Shown here piece by piece: positions 41,665 to 51,327 of a stretch of DNA of 64,000 bases. Both the position numbers and the translations under genes were made by a program. Source of the stretch: an uncultured Methanomicrobiales archaeon (GTDB lineage: Archaea > Halobacteriota > Methanomicrobia > Methanomicrobiales > Methanospirillaceae); the NCBI GenBank assembly GCA_963758915.1, contig CAVWXH010000003.1, forward strand, positions 96,001 through 160,000, given 5' to 3'. The stretch's first letter is position 1, and each line of letters opens with the position of its first letter. The notes under the pieces were generated by a model. The model did not search any database. It saw only the letters and a list, made by a program, of their open reading frames with translations, and had not been told where the DNA came from.

Positions 41665-42561
41665 ATGGCCGAAGAAGGGTACCGGGAAACGGTAATAGAG
41701 GGAAAAAAGGTCCAGTGGGATCCTGAGCAACTCCGTAAGATTCAGGAACACCCCTGCTTTTCCGAGAAGGCATGCCACGGATTCGGGCGCTGCCATGTGG
41801 CGGTCGCTCCGAAATGTAATATCCAGTGCAACTACTGTATCAGGGACTTCGACTGTGTCAATGAAAGCCGCCCGGGAGTCACGGCAAAGGTCCTGGACTC
41901 AGGCGAAGCGATAGATCTTGTAAAACGGGTGGTTGAGAAATATAACTACATCAAGGTGGTCGGTATAGCCGGGCCTGGCGAACCGCTGGCAAACGAGGAG
42001 ACCTTTGAAACACTCCGCAAGCTCCATGAGGAATTTCCAAACGTTATCAAATGTATCTCGACAAACGGGCTCCTTCTTCCAGAAAAAATCGATCTCCTCC
42101 AGAAATATGATGTGGGAAATGTCACCGTTACCCTGAATGCAATTGACCCGGAGATTGGGGCGAAGATTTACCAGTTCATCGAATGGAAAGGCAAACGCTA
42201 CACCGGTGTAGAAGGTGCGAAAATTCTCCTCGAAAACCAGTTGAAAGGAATTGAAGAGGCCGTAAAGAGAAAAATGGTCGTAAAAATCAACACCGTCTAT
42301 ATCCCGGGTATTAATGATACCCATATTGTCGATATCGCAAAGAAAGTCGGCGAAATGGGCGTTTACACGTTCAATGTTATCCCGCTTATTGCCCAGTATA
42401 AATTTGCCGATATCGCTCCGCCGACCCCTGAAATGAAAAAGGCAATGCAGGACTCCTGCGCTCCGTATGTGCGCCAGATGAGGCATTGTCAGCGTTGCAG
42501 GGCGGATGCCATCGGAAAACTCGGGCACGATGTGAACAGCTGTCTCAGTGCAGAGAAGTAG
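41665..42561 (+). CDS. nifB: NifB-like radical SAM protein (stand-alone, no NifX domain)
   Basis: HPCF, CNIQCNYC, ESRPGVT, AGPGEPLAN and HCQRCRADA. Confidence 0.85.
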   Translation: MAEEGYRETVIEGKKVQWDPEQLRKIQEHPCFSEKACHGFGRCHVAVAPKCNIQCNYCIRDFDCVNESRPGVTAKVLDSGEAIDLVKRVVEKYNYIKVVGIAGPGEPLANEETFETLRKLHEEFPNVIKCISTNGLLLPEKIDLLQKYDVGNVTVTLNAIDPEIGAKIYQFIEWKGKRYTGVEGAKILLENQLKGIEEAVKRKMVVKINTVYIPGINDTHIVDIAKKVGEMGVYTFNVIPLIAQYKFADIAPPTPEMKKAMQDSCAPYVRQMRHCQRCRADAIGKLGHDVNSCLSAEK

Positions 42562-42833
42562 AGAGAGTTCAATTTTCCCTGCTCTTTTTTTTCCTTCGGC
42601 TCTTTTTTCACCTCCCGGAATAATTCCTGGAAGTTAATCAGGACGCTCCCGAAAGAGCCTTCCCATTTAGGCAGAATACCGGGGGATCTGAAAATCATCA
42701 GCATACCCGGTGTCCCGGATACTGACAGATAACCGTTATCAATGAGAATAAGTGTGAAAAACACCATTCGGGCGGCCCGTTGCACATGCCACCCGCACCA
42801 TCCTGCCTTACCCGCCTTGCAACAGGGCAAAAA

Positions 42834-43304
42834 TTATGAGCGTATTGAGCTGTTTCCTTTCACGGAAATTATGTCGTTGAGATTATCTATCACCGGCTGG
42901 AGAACTAATGGCACTCCGGTGTCCTCTGCCCTGACCGTGTAATTATGGTAGGTAATCGTGTAGGTGAAATAATCAGCCCCGGGCATTGGGGCAGAATATG
43001 ACGCATTCATCCGGGTGAACCCTATGGAATAAAAAGATTCCCTGATAGTGCCCAGCGTGTTCGGGTTCACGATGAATGCACCACGCCCACGCTGCCCTGA
43101 ATACACCGCTGCTCCGTTCTCGAAGATCACAAGGTGGTCATCGAATCCCCCGATACCGCCCGTTCGGGAATAATCAACCAGGATTGCGGGGCCGGGTTCC
43201 GGGGTGGTATTTTTTACCGGCTGGTCCATGCATCCTGACATCCATACAAGAGCCACAACTAAAAGGAATGCAGCTGACGTACCCAGGTGGACTGCTCTTC
43301 CCAT
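42834..43304 (-). CDS. Hypothetical lipoprotein (emfourin/protealysin-inhibitor-like motifs)
   Basis: Lipobox MSGC; YSRTGGIGG and GADYFTYTIT motifs. Confidence 0.55.
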   Translation of the reverse strand: MGRAVHLGTSAAFLLVVALVWMSGCMDQPVKNTTPEPGPAILVDYSRTGGIGGFDDHLVIFENGAAVYSGQRGRGAFIVNPNTLGTIRESFYSIGFTRMNASYSAPMPGADYFTYTITYHNYTVRAEDTGVPLVLQPVIDNLNDIISVKGNSSIRS

Positions 43305-43406
43305 ACTAACAATTATTCTCCCTCAGATTAAGATGCTTTTGTTTACGCCACAGAATTAGAGGACTCCTTCCGGCATTGCTGCCGCAGGTGTCCCGGAATT
43401 TTCACC

Positions 43407-43757
43407 CTAGATCTCCAGGATATCGCCACTGCTTTTTTTCGCACCCTTTTTTTCGGGCAGGACTTCTTCAACTGCGTTGAGCAGCTGCTCAAGTTTTTCA
43501 TTCCCGAAAACCTGCCGGAACGCCAGTAGTTCAACCCTGCTCATAACCATAATCCCCTTTTTCTTCATCGGCCGTCCATTCTCATCAACCGGGTTTATAT
43601 CCATGGCAAGTGATGCCGGCCGGCTCCTTGTTGCGGGAAGCCGGATTATCGATACACCGGGTAATGAAGTGTTCTTTCGCTCCCAGTCCTCACCGGTATC
43701 GAGGAACACGCGCAGGTTTTCAGTTATTTCCATGACATTCACTCCGGTTCCCGCCAT
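43407..43757 (-). CDS. Hypothetical protein
   Basis: 116 aa ORF with normal composition, divergent from the next gene. Confidence 0.65.
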   Translation of the reverse strand: MAGTGVNVMEITENLRVFLDTGEDWERKNTSLPGVSIIRLPATRSRPASLAMDINPVDENGRPMKKKGIMVMSRVELLAFRQVFGNEKLEQLLNAVEEVLPEKKGAKKSSGDILEI

Positions 43758-43952
43758 AAAAGTTTATGCCACGCGGGGTGAAAGAGACGGTTAATTCCAA
43801 AATGCGTTCTTCACCCAGACCTGGCCGTGAACCGGTGTTGCATTTATTACCCCAATCAGAAATCCTCCGGGATGTACAACCCGGCAGCTCACTTTCACCC
43901 CGCATGTTCCATGTCTTTATCCCCTTCGGGCCCTGAACAGATCCCGGAGAAG

Positions 43953-44495
43953 ATGGACCTCGAATTGCAGCCGGATATCCTCGTCCCGGAACGCATGATC
44001 ACCGTGATTATCGGCCCGCCGCAGGTTATGGCAGACAGTATGGACCACTGCTCCGGAATGATGCGGCGTTTCCCGTTCCTTTACGCCTGCAGCAATTATT
44101 CAATGGTCCTCCCGCTCCTCCACAGGACTACCTTTGAGTTCTCAGTCCGCCGCGGTTTCACCTCCGACCAGGTCTCAACTATTATTGGCGAATGTGATGC
44201 CACGTACCTCATCATCGAACACGACCCCTCGCTCTACGAAGATGACAGGAGGCTGATACCGTTTGTGGTGAACAAAATCAGGGGGTTCGCCCGCGATGAC
44301 GGTACGGTAATCGTGTACTCCCAAAGGGCAGACCCCTTCATACGTCATCTTGTCCGGGCAGCCCACCGGGTATACCTTTATGCCAACTGGGGAACTGCCA
44401 TCCGCCTCAACCAGTTGAAACAACAGAACAATTTGCGTGGAGCAGGTGGAAAGGTCCTTTCCTGCCAGGTGCGGTTAGATGTGTCCGGGGTCTGA
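43953..44495 (+). CDS. Inactive RecA/RadA-fold-like protein (no Walker A)
   Basis: VRRGFTSDQV resembles the RAFTxxQ motif of RadA paralogs; IIEHDPSLY; start chosen at MDLELQP. Confidence 0.55.
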   Translation: MDLELQPDILVPERMITVIIGPPQVMADSMDHCSGMMRRFPFLYACSNYSMVLPLLHRTTFEFSVRRGFTSDQVSTIIGECDATYLIIEHDPSLYEDDRRLIPFVVNKIRGFARDDGTVIVYSQRADPFIRHLVRAAHRVYLYANWGTAIRLNQLKQQNNLRGAGGKVLSCQVRLDVSGV

Positions 44496-45018
44496 ACGGG
44501 GACCCGCATGCATGTGGAATACCTCCCCTCCCGCATCGACTGTAAAAATATTCCCGGGCATCCTTTTATCAGGCCGACTGATGACTGGATCAGGTATGAA
44601 AGGGTGTCATGACCCTCATTCCGGACCTGTGCGGCTACCATCACGCCTGGTATTTTACCTTGGAAACTACACAGGAGGTGCCTTTTCTGCCCGGTGGAAC
44701 GGTAACGCCATCATCGTCGAGGAGACCAGGGGGGGAAATTTTAACGGAACTCCACGAATCATTTCACCCGGGCCGGAACACTGGGCGCAATTCTGGAAGG
44801 AGATTGACGATACAGGGGTCTGGGCGTGGGACGAGGTCTATACAAATCCGCACGGGTGTTGCGGGGTTACCTACTGGCAGCTGGTACTTGAGACAGGAAC
44901 CAGATCTGTTTCCTGTTCTGGGGAAGACCGGTTCCCAGGCGGGGAATCGCCGGAGCTGACACCTGGTTTCAGGGCACTGGTATGCGCGATAAAAACATTG
45001 TGCGGGAATGCCACCTGA
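44479..45018 (+). CDS. Hypothetical protein (true start probably about 100 nt downstream)
   Basis: Protein-like C-terminal 130 aa (W..FWKEID..GVW.W..VY..GVTYWQL). Confidence 0.55.
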   Translation: MCPGSERGPACMWNTSPPASTVKIFPGILLSGRLMTGSGMKGCHDPHSGPVRLPSRLVFYLGNYTGGAFSARWNGNAIIVEETRGGNFNGTPRIISPGPEHWAQFWKEIDDTGVWAWDEVYTNPHGCCGVTYWQLVLETGTRSVSCSGEDRFPGGESPELTPGFRALVCAIKTLCGNAT

Positions 45019-45129
45019 TCAGGGGATCACAGGAGGTTTCCTGGTTATCAGTCGATGTACCGGGGAGTCATCGGTATGCCCGTTTCCAAGCGGTTAATGC
45101 CATAACCAGCAGATAGTAAAGGTAGTAAT

Positions 45130-45972
45130 ATGCCCTCCCTCACCCTTTCAGCCGATCAACCCTTCAGCCTGGATAAAACACTCTCGTGCGGGCAGGTGTT
45201 CCGCTGGGCAGAGAGTGGTGAAGGGTGGACGGGGATAGTAGGGGACAGGGTAATCAGGATTCAGCAGGACAGGGACCGTCTCACCTGGGATGGCGCGGAC
45301 GAGTCCTTTATCCGCCATTATTTTTCGCTCGACCTTGACCTTCCCGGGATCCTGTCTGAAATTGATCGTGACCCGGTCATTCACCGGGCAATCGAAGAGT
45401 GCAGGGGGCTTAGGATTGTCAGGCAGCCACCATGGGAATGCCTGGTTTCCTATATCATCGCAACCTTCACGAACATTCCCTCGATCAAACGTCGTATCAG
45501 CTTGTTATGCAGGGAATTCGGTAATGAAATCAGTCCGGGTGGTGAAACTGGTTTCTCTTTTCCAACCCCGGAAGCCCTTGCCGGGGCAGAGGAGTGCCAG
45601 GTCAGGGCTTGCAGCCTCGGTTACCGTTCCCCGTTCCTCTGCCAGGTGGCACAGGCAATTGAAGGGAACCCCTGGTGGGCCGGTACCATCCGTAATCTGC
45701 CCTACGAGGAGGCACGGACAGAACTTATGCACTACCGCGGGGTTGGACGTAAAGTGGCAGACTGTGTCCTCCTTTTTGGCTTTGAACGGCTGGAAGCGGT
45801 GCCGGTTGATGTGTGGATAGAGAGGATCCTCAGGCAGCATTACCTGGAACCCGGTGAAAAAGCAGATTACGAATATATCAGGCGATATGCACAGGGTTAT
45901 TTCGGACCTTACGCGGGGTACGCGCAGGAATATCTCTTCTGTATGAGAGATGCTATTGCAAAAAAAGAATGA
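45130..45972 (+). CDS. ogg: 8-oxoguanine DNA glycosylase (OGG1-like, HhH-GPD)
   Basis: TLSCGQVFRW, GLRIVRQ.PWECL, LGYR, GVGRKVADC, PVDVW and YAGYAQEYLF. Confidence 0.88.
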   Translation: MPSLTLSADQPFSLDKTLSCGQVFRWAESGEGWTGIVGDRVIRIQQDRDRLTWDGADESFIRHYFSLDLDLPGILSEIDRDPVIHRAIEECRGLRIVRQPPWECLVSYIIATFTNIPSIKRRISLLCREFGNEISPGGETGFSFPTPEALAGAEECQVRACSLGYRSPFLCQVAQAIEGNPWWAGTIRNLPYEEARTELMHYRGVGRKVADCVLLFGFERLEAVPVDVWIERILRQHYLEPGEKADYEYIRRYAQGYFGPYAGYAQEYLFCMRDAIAKKE

Positions 45973-46020
45973 TATTTCAGACCTTTGGTTTCCTACTGCC
46001 CCGGGTACCGGTACACCGGA

Positions 46021-47247
46021 TTATGTACCGATATCCCAGCTGGACATGTAGGTGCGCTGGTCAGGGGTGAGCGAATCGATCTGGAATCCCAGTGCATCGA
46101 GTTTCATCCTGGCTACCTGTTCGTCAATCTCCTGTGGGACATCAAACACCCCTGCACCCATCGTTTTGCCGTGTGTTACGACATGCTTTGCACAGAGCGC
46201 CTGGAGCGCGAATGACAGGTCCATCACTTCAACCGGGTGTCCCATCCCCTTTGGCGTCGCGAGGTTGACGAGCCGGCCTTCCGCGAGGACATGGATGTTC
46301 TTTCCGCCGACACGGTACGAATCAATGCCGTCACGGCGTACAACACCATCACTATGGTGTTCGAGCCAGTCCACATCAATTTCAACGTTGAAATGACCTG
46401 CATTCGCAAGAATTGCCCCGTTTTTCATTACATTGAAGTGCCGTTCGACAATGATATGAGTGTTCCCTGACGTCGTGATAAATATCTCCCCTGTCGCAGC
46501 TGCCTGGTCCATCGGCATAATGGTGAACCCGTCCATGTATGCTTCCAGTGCCCGTCTCGGGTCAATTTCAGTAACGATTACCCGTGCACCAAGCCCGTGA
46601 AGTTTCCGTGCAAGCCCCCGCCCGCAATAACCATATCCTGCGACCACCACGTGTTTGCCTGCAATCAGCACGTTTGTCGTCACCATTATCGCGGTAAGGG
46701 CACTTTCCCCGGTCCCGTGTACATTGTCAAAATAGTGTTTCATCGGGGTATCGTTCACCGCAATAACCGGGAATTGTAATGCGCCTTCACGTGCCATGGC
46801 CCGGAGGCGGTGTATCCCTGTTGTTGTCTCCTCGCACCCACCAATGGTTGTTTCGAGGAGTTCCTGGCGCTTGGTATGGATCTGGTAGATGAGGTCCATA
46901 CCGTCATCAATGGTAATCTGGGGCTTCGCGTCGAGCACCTTGTCAATCGCTTCGTAATATTCTGTATTATCAGCACCACGGCGGGCGTAACAGTGTACAT
47001 TCCTGACCCGGTTTAGCGCAGCGGCCACATCGTCCTGTGTCGAGAGAGGATTGCAGCCGGTAATGAACACTTCTGCGCCACCCGCGGCAAGTGCCGATAC
47101 CAGGTTTGCGGTCTTTGCTTCGACGTGAAGTGCCATGCCGATCCGGATGCCACGGAACGGCTGGGACTTCACAAATTCTTCCTTAATTATTGAAAGCACC
47201 GGCATGTACTGCCGTGCCCATTCAATTTTCAACTCTCCGGAATCCAT
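46021..47247 (-). CDS. ahcY: S-adenosylhomocysteine hydrolase
   Basis: LHVEAKTA, CNPLSTQD, DDGMD, EETTTG, KHYFDNVHGTG, GHFNVEID, GRLVNL and GHP. Confidence 0.96.
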   Translation of the reverse strand: MDSGELKIEWARQYMPVLSIIKEEFVKSQPFRGIRIGMALHVEAKTANLVSALAAGGAEVFITGCNPLSTQDDVAAALNRVRNVHCYARRGADNTEYYEAIDKVLDAKPQITIDDGMDLIYQIHTKRQELLETTIGGCEETTTGIHRLRAMAREGALQFPVIAVNDTPMKHYFDNVHGTGESALTAIMVTTNVLIAGKHVVVAGYGYCGRGLARKLHGLGARVIVTEIDPRRALEAYMDGFTIMPMDQAAATGEIFITTSGNTHIIVERHFNVMKNGAILANAGHFNVEIDVDWLEHHSDGVVRRDGIDSYRVGGKNIHVLAEGRLVNLATPKGMGHPVEVMDLSFALQALCAKHVVTHGKTMGAGVFDVPQEIDEQVARMKLDALGFQIDSLTPDQRTYMSSWDIGT

Positions 47248-47375
47248 TCTTCACCAACGTTTTCCTGCAGGGTACAGGAGGCCGTCTGCCCCGTGTAGTG
47301 TACCAGGGACAACACCCGTTATAAAACGGCGCGACCCGCCGTTTTTCGAAACGGCGACCACCTGCAGGCCATCCC
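47248..47375 (-). promoter_or_regulatory. Structured 5' leader of ahcY (candidate cis-regulatory RNA)
   Basis: CCTGCAGG at 47361-68 and 47264-71 can close a multibranch structure with perfect internal hairpins; TATA-like TATTAAG near 47400. Confidence 0.45.
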
Positions 47376-47478
47376 TTACCAGATTGACCTGCAGATTACT
47401 TAATAGCACTACTAGCAGCACAGATACCGGTTCGGTGAGGCATAACCATGATATACTCTTCTCCGGGAATGGTACTCC

Positions 47479-48285
47479 ATGGTTCTGACCAGGCGGATCA
47501 TCCCTTGTCTCGATATAAAAGATGGCAGAGTGGTAAAAGGGACTAATTTTGTCGGGCTCCGGGACGCGGGTGACCCTGTGGAACTGGCCCAGCGATACAA
47601 TGACCAGGGTGCAGACGAGGTCGTTTTTCTTGATATCACGGCCTCAAAAGAGAACAGGGGGACCCTTATTGACGTGATACAGCGGGCATCAGACCGGTTA
47701 TTTCTGCCGCTCACCGTGGGCGGGGGTATCAGGAACCTTGACGATATCCATGCAATCCTCCGTGCCGGTGCAGACAAGGTGAGTATCAACACGAGTGCCG
47801 TCCATGATCCTGACCTCATCAGGCGTGGTGCAGAACGGTTTGGTACCCAGTGTATTGTGCTTGCAATGGATGTGCGGCGAAATGTTACCCCGAACCCGGA
47901 AGGGACACCGGTCCTGCTCCCTGACGGAAGTACCTGCTGGTATGAAGTGGTAATTTACGGCGGGAGCAGACCCACCGGGATCGATGCAATTACATGGGCA
48001 AACGCAGGGGAGGAAATGGGAGCAGGAGAGATCCTGCTCACCAGCATGGAAACAGACGGCACAAAAGGTGGTTTTGATATCCCCATCACGGCTGCCATCT
48101 CGGACGCTGCCGGTATCCCGGTCATCGCAAGTGGCGGTGTCGGTACCTACGAACATTTTTACGACGGCTTTACGCGGGGGAAAGCAGATGCCTGCCTTGC
48201 AGCCAGCGTGTTCCACTACGGCGAAATGACAGTACAATCGGTCAAGAACTACCTTGCATCCCGCCAGATCCCCATACGTATCTGA
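47479..48285 (+). CDS. hisF: Imidazole glycerol phosphate synthase subunit HisF
   Basis: [35 protein letters not shown] and PVIASGG. Confidence 0.96.
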   Translation: MVLTRRIIPCLDIKDGRVVKGTNFVGLRDAGDPVELAQRYNDQGADEVVFLDITASKENRGTLIDVIQRASDRLFLPLTVGGGIRNLDDIHAILRAGADKVSINTSAVHDPDLIRRGAERFGTQCIVLAMDVRRNVTPNPEGTPVLLPDGSTCWYEVVIYGGSRPTGIDAITWANAGEEMGAGEILLTSMETDGTKGGFDIPITAAISDAAGIPVIASGGVGTYEHFYDGFTRGKADACLAASVFHYGEMTVQSVKNYLASRQIPIRI

Positions 48286-49882
48286 GGTCAATCTCGAACG
48301 CGGCAACGGATTGTTCCAGATCAAACGCGTTCAGCACGTAGGGATGTATCTCGCCAAATACCCCTGCTTTTTTGCCGGCCACGATGATATCAGCCCGGCG
48401 CCCGTCAATAAATGCCTGGTCGGCTGACTCCTTCACGGTATAGTCTATAGAGAGCTCGTGGAGCACTGCATCGGCTGATGCATAGGCTTCCGAGAAATCA
48501 GCGTCCCTGTGAAGGCTGACGCCTGCGGCCTTCTGGTAGGTGAGGCATGAGTCCACCACGTCCCCAACCGTGAAAAGGCGCTGCGGGAGTTCGCGATGGC
48601 GGTTCAGGGTTAAAAATTCAAGGAGCAGGGGGAGGAGGTCGGTCCTTACCACCGTGTTCTCGATACTGATCGGGTGCATAACGCGCAGAACACCAGGGTG
48701 TCCCGGCCGCTGCATTTTCCCGTAGAGTACGTCCTCGTTCGTCAGCGTGAACGGCATAACCTCGAGGTAGCCCAGGCCACAGAAGGCCTCGCGGGCAAGG
48801 GCGGCGTTGACCTGTACCGGGTGTGGTTTTCCCACGGTGAAGGTCTTCGGAGGAAGGTCCTGGATCCTGTCGTACCCGTACGCGATTGCCACATCCTCAA
48901 AGAGGTCCCAGTCGTGCATGATATCCGCCCGGTAGCAGGGCACCTGCACCTTCACCTTGTCTGCTCCCACAGGTTCTGCACCGAACCGCATCTGCTGCAG
49001 GAGCGACGCCATCGACAACGCGGTCAGCTCAACCCCGAGAAGCCGGGAGCACTCAGTAACACTCACCGTCCGTTCCACGGGCGCGAGCGTAGGGGTCTGC
49101 ACCCCGCCGATTCCGACACTCTCGATTTTTGCACCTGCCTCAGCCATCGCCGTGCAGATGATGTTGACGGCAACGCCGACCGCCCGCCTGTCAGTGCCGG
49201 TCGTATCGAGGAGGATGTTTTTCGTATCGATAGTCACCCGTGTCCGTTCACCGTTGATGATAGGGGGGAACGAGAGGACATGGTCACCGTCGTCGACGAT
49301 CAGCGGGAAGAGCGGGAAGTCCTTCACGATCTTCGCATAGTCCCGGCCCTTCGGGTGCTTTTCGAGGATCTCGTCCATCGTCATCTCTTCGGTATAATCG
49401 AGCGGGACAAACTTCCTGCTCCTTGGTGAGGCGATGTAGCGGAACGGGGGTTTGACCGTGTCAAGGTCATGGATGCCGATCGCCACCTTGCTCCTGCCCC
49501 TGCCGACCGCCCAGTGGAGCGACTCCTGCAGGGACATTATGCTCTGGATCGACTCGTCATCGAAGTCAACACCGCGGATGACCGCTGCCCCGAGAACCGG
49601 GCGAATGCCGGCAAGCTCCGGGTCGACCGTAAACGAGATTCCCGAGGGCTTCACCGGGTACGAGGGCAGCCCTGTTTCAATCCCGAGGTAACCCCGCATG
49701 GCCCGGGCAACGCCTTCCGGCGAGAAGAGGTCGGGGCGGTCAGGGAAAAACTCCACGTCCGCATGGTCTTCTTCGATCCGCTCCACGTCAGAGCCGATGA
49801 GGGCGACCTTGTCGAGGATCGTCTTCCTGTCGGTGCGGGTGAGACGCTCGAGGTACTTGTAGGGGAGGGTTATGACCGCCAT
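48242..49882 (-). CDS. pheT: Phenylalanine--tRNA ligase beta subunit
   Basis: [50 protein letters not shown]. Confidence 0.95.
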   Translation of the reverse strand: MAVITLPYKYLERLTRTDRKTILDKVALIGSDVERIEEDHADVEFFPDRPDLFSPEGVARAMRGYLGIETGLPSYPVKPSGISFTVDPELAGIRPVLGAAVIRGVDFDDESIQSIMSLQESLHWAVGRGRSKVAIGIHDLDTVKPPFRYIASPRSRKFVPLDYTEEMTMDEILEKHPKGRDYAKIVKDFPLFPLIVDDGDHVLSFPPIINGERTRVTIDTKNILLDTTGTDRRAVGVAVNIICTAMAEAGAKIESVGIGGVQTPTLAPVERTVSVTECSRLLGVELTALSMASLLQQMRFGAEPVGADKVKVQVPCYRADIMHDWDLFEDVAIAYGYDRIQDLPPKTFTVGKPHPVQVNAALAREAFCGLGYLEVMPFTLTNEDVLYGKMQRPGHPGVLRVMHPISIENTVVRTDLLPLLLEFLTLNRHRELPQRLFTVGDVVDSCLTYQKAAGVSLHRDADFSEAYASADAVLHELSIDYTVKESADQAFIDGRRADIIVAGKKAGVFGEIHPYVLNAFDLEQSVAAFEIDLRYVWGSGGMQGSS

Positions 49883-49883
49883 T

Positions 49884-51326
49884 TCAGACACCCCCCTTCG
49901 TGTGGCGCAGCACGGGCGTTTCACGGAGGAACGCGATATCGCTCTGGTGCAGGTAGCGGAGGTCTTTCAACCCCAGCCTGAGCATCGCGATCCGGCTCAC
50001 GCCGAGCCCCCATGCAAGAACCGGGTAATTAATACCGAGCGGAGCGGTTACCTCCTCGCGGAAGACACCCGCGCCACCCATCTCGATCCAGCCGAGGCCT
50101 TCGACATAGACTTCAGCATCGAGGCTGGGCTCGGTATAGGGGTAGTACGAGGGTTTGAACCGCACGCCAAGAAAGCCCATCCGGTGGTAGAACTCGCGGA
50201 GGATCCCGAGCAGGTTTCCAAACGTTACACCCTCGTCCATCACGATCCCCTCGAGCTGCTCGAACTCGGCAAGGTGGGTGGTATCGATGGTTTCACGCCG
50301 GTAGACCCTGCCTATGCAGAACGCCTTGACGGGAGGGGCGGGGTTCTTCGCAAGGTGCTGGATCGAGACGCTTGTGGTATGGGTCCGCAGCACGCACTGC
50401 TCAGCTTTCTCCTCCTTCCAGACCCCGCCCCAGCCGGTCGAGGAGGTCTCACCACCGGACTCGTGCATCGCCTTTACTTTCTCGTATCCTTCGGGGAGCG
50501 GGAGGTTTTCACGGAGGTAGAAGGTGTCCTGCATCTCGCGGGCCGGGTGGTCCTGCGGCTGAAAGAGGGCGTCGAAATTCCAGAAAGACTGCTGGACGAT
50601 ACCCCCGTACAGCTCCTCGAACCCCATCTCAAGAAGGATCTCCCTCATCTCGGCGATGATCCGCTGGTACGGGTGGACCTTGCCGGGATACGCCTTCTTC
50701 GGGAGCTTAGTCACGTCGTACCGGCGGAGTTGTAAACTTTTCCATTCACCTGATATGATCTGCTCGGTGGTGAGAGTTCCGGTCTCCTCGCGGAGATCGA
50801 GACCTTTTTGTGCAAATGCGAGCCCTTCAGTAGTGATGGAAATTATGTAACGGACTGTCTCGGTCTCCTGAAGGAGGCCACGCTTGATAATCTCTATTGT
50901 TGCCGTGTCAGTGGCAGAGGGGTTTTTTAAGGCAAGTTCATACGCTTCGGTGGAGGCACCAGTCGCCCTGACAATGGAGTTACCTTCAACCTTCACGAGG
51001 CCTTTCTTTCTCAACTGACCGAACCCGATCTTAAATGCCTCGTGTTTCTGGAGGTCAGCTAGCGTTGTGCCCGGCAGGATGTCCTGTAATAGTTGTGTCT
51101 CCGGGAGCCCTTTCTGTAAGTAGACCTTTCCCTCGTCCGTGTATACGAACTCCTTTGCAACAATCCGCTCGACCGTAACAAGCCCCCTGTCCTGTGCGAG
51201 GTGGGCCCACTGCACCACTGCTTCGGGGGTAGCTTCCAGCAGGCCGGCAAGATGCGGGGCGTCTGCCGTCTTCTCTTTTTCGAGAGCGGTAAGCAACCGT
51301 TTCTCGTTCTGTGTCAGTTCTGCCAT
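49884..51326 (-). CDS. pheS: Phenylalanine--tRNA ligase alpha subunit
   Basis: [36 protein letters not shown] and AWGLG. Confidence 0.96.
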   Translation of the reverse strand: MAELTQNEKRLLTALEKEKTADAPHLAGLLEATPEAVVQWAHLAQDRGLVTVERIVAKEFVYTDEGKVYLQKGLPETQLLQDILPGTTLADLQKHEAFKIGFGQLRKKGLVKVEGNSIVRATGASTEAYELALKNPSATDTATIEIIKRGLLQETETVRYIISITTEGLAFAQKGLDLREETGTLTTEQIISGEWKSLQLRRYDVTKLPKKAYPGKVHPYQRIIAEMREILLEMGFEELYGGIVQQSFWNFDALFQPQDHPAREMQDTFYLRENLPLPEGYEKVKAMHESGGETSSTGWGGVWKEEKAEQCVLRTHTTSVSIQHLAKNPAPPVKAFCIGRVYRRETIDTTHLAEFEQLEGIVMDEGVTFGNLLGILREFYHRMGFLGVRFKPSYYPYTEPSLDAEVYVEGLGWIEMGGAGVFREEVTAPLGINYPVLAWGLGVSRIAMLRLGLKDLRYLHQSDIAFLRETPVLRHTKGGV

Positions 51327-51327
51327 G

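Noticed and set aside
48242-48285. 44-bp convergent overlap of hisF and pheT as a regulatory device
   Set aside because: Short tail-to-tail overlaps are common and most simply reflect stop-codon drift.
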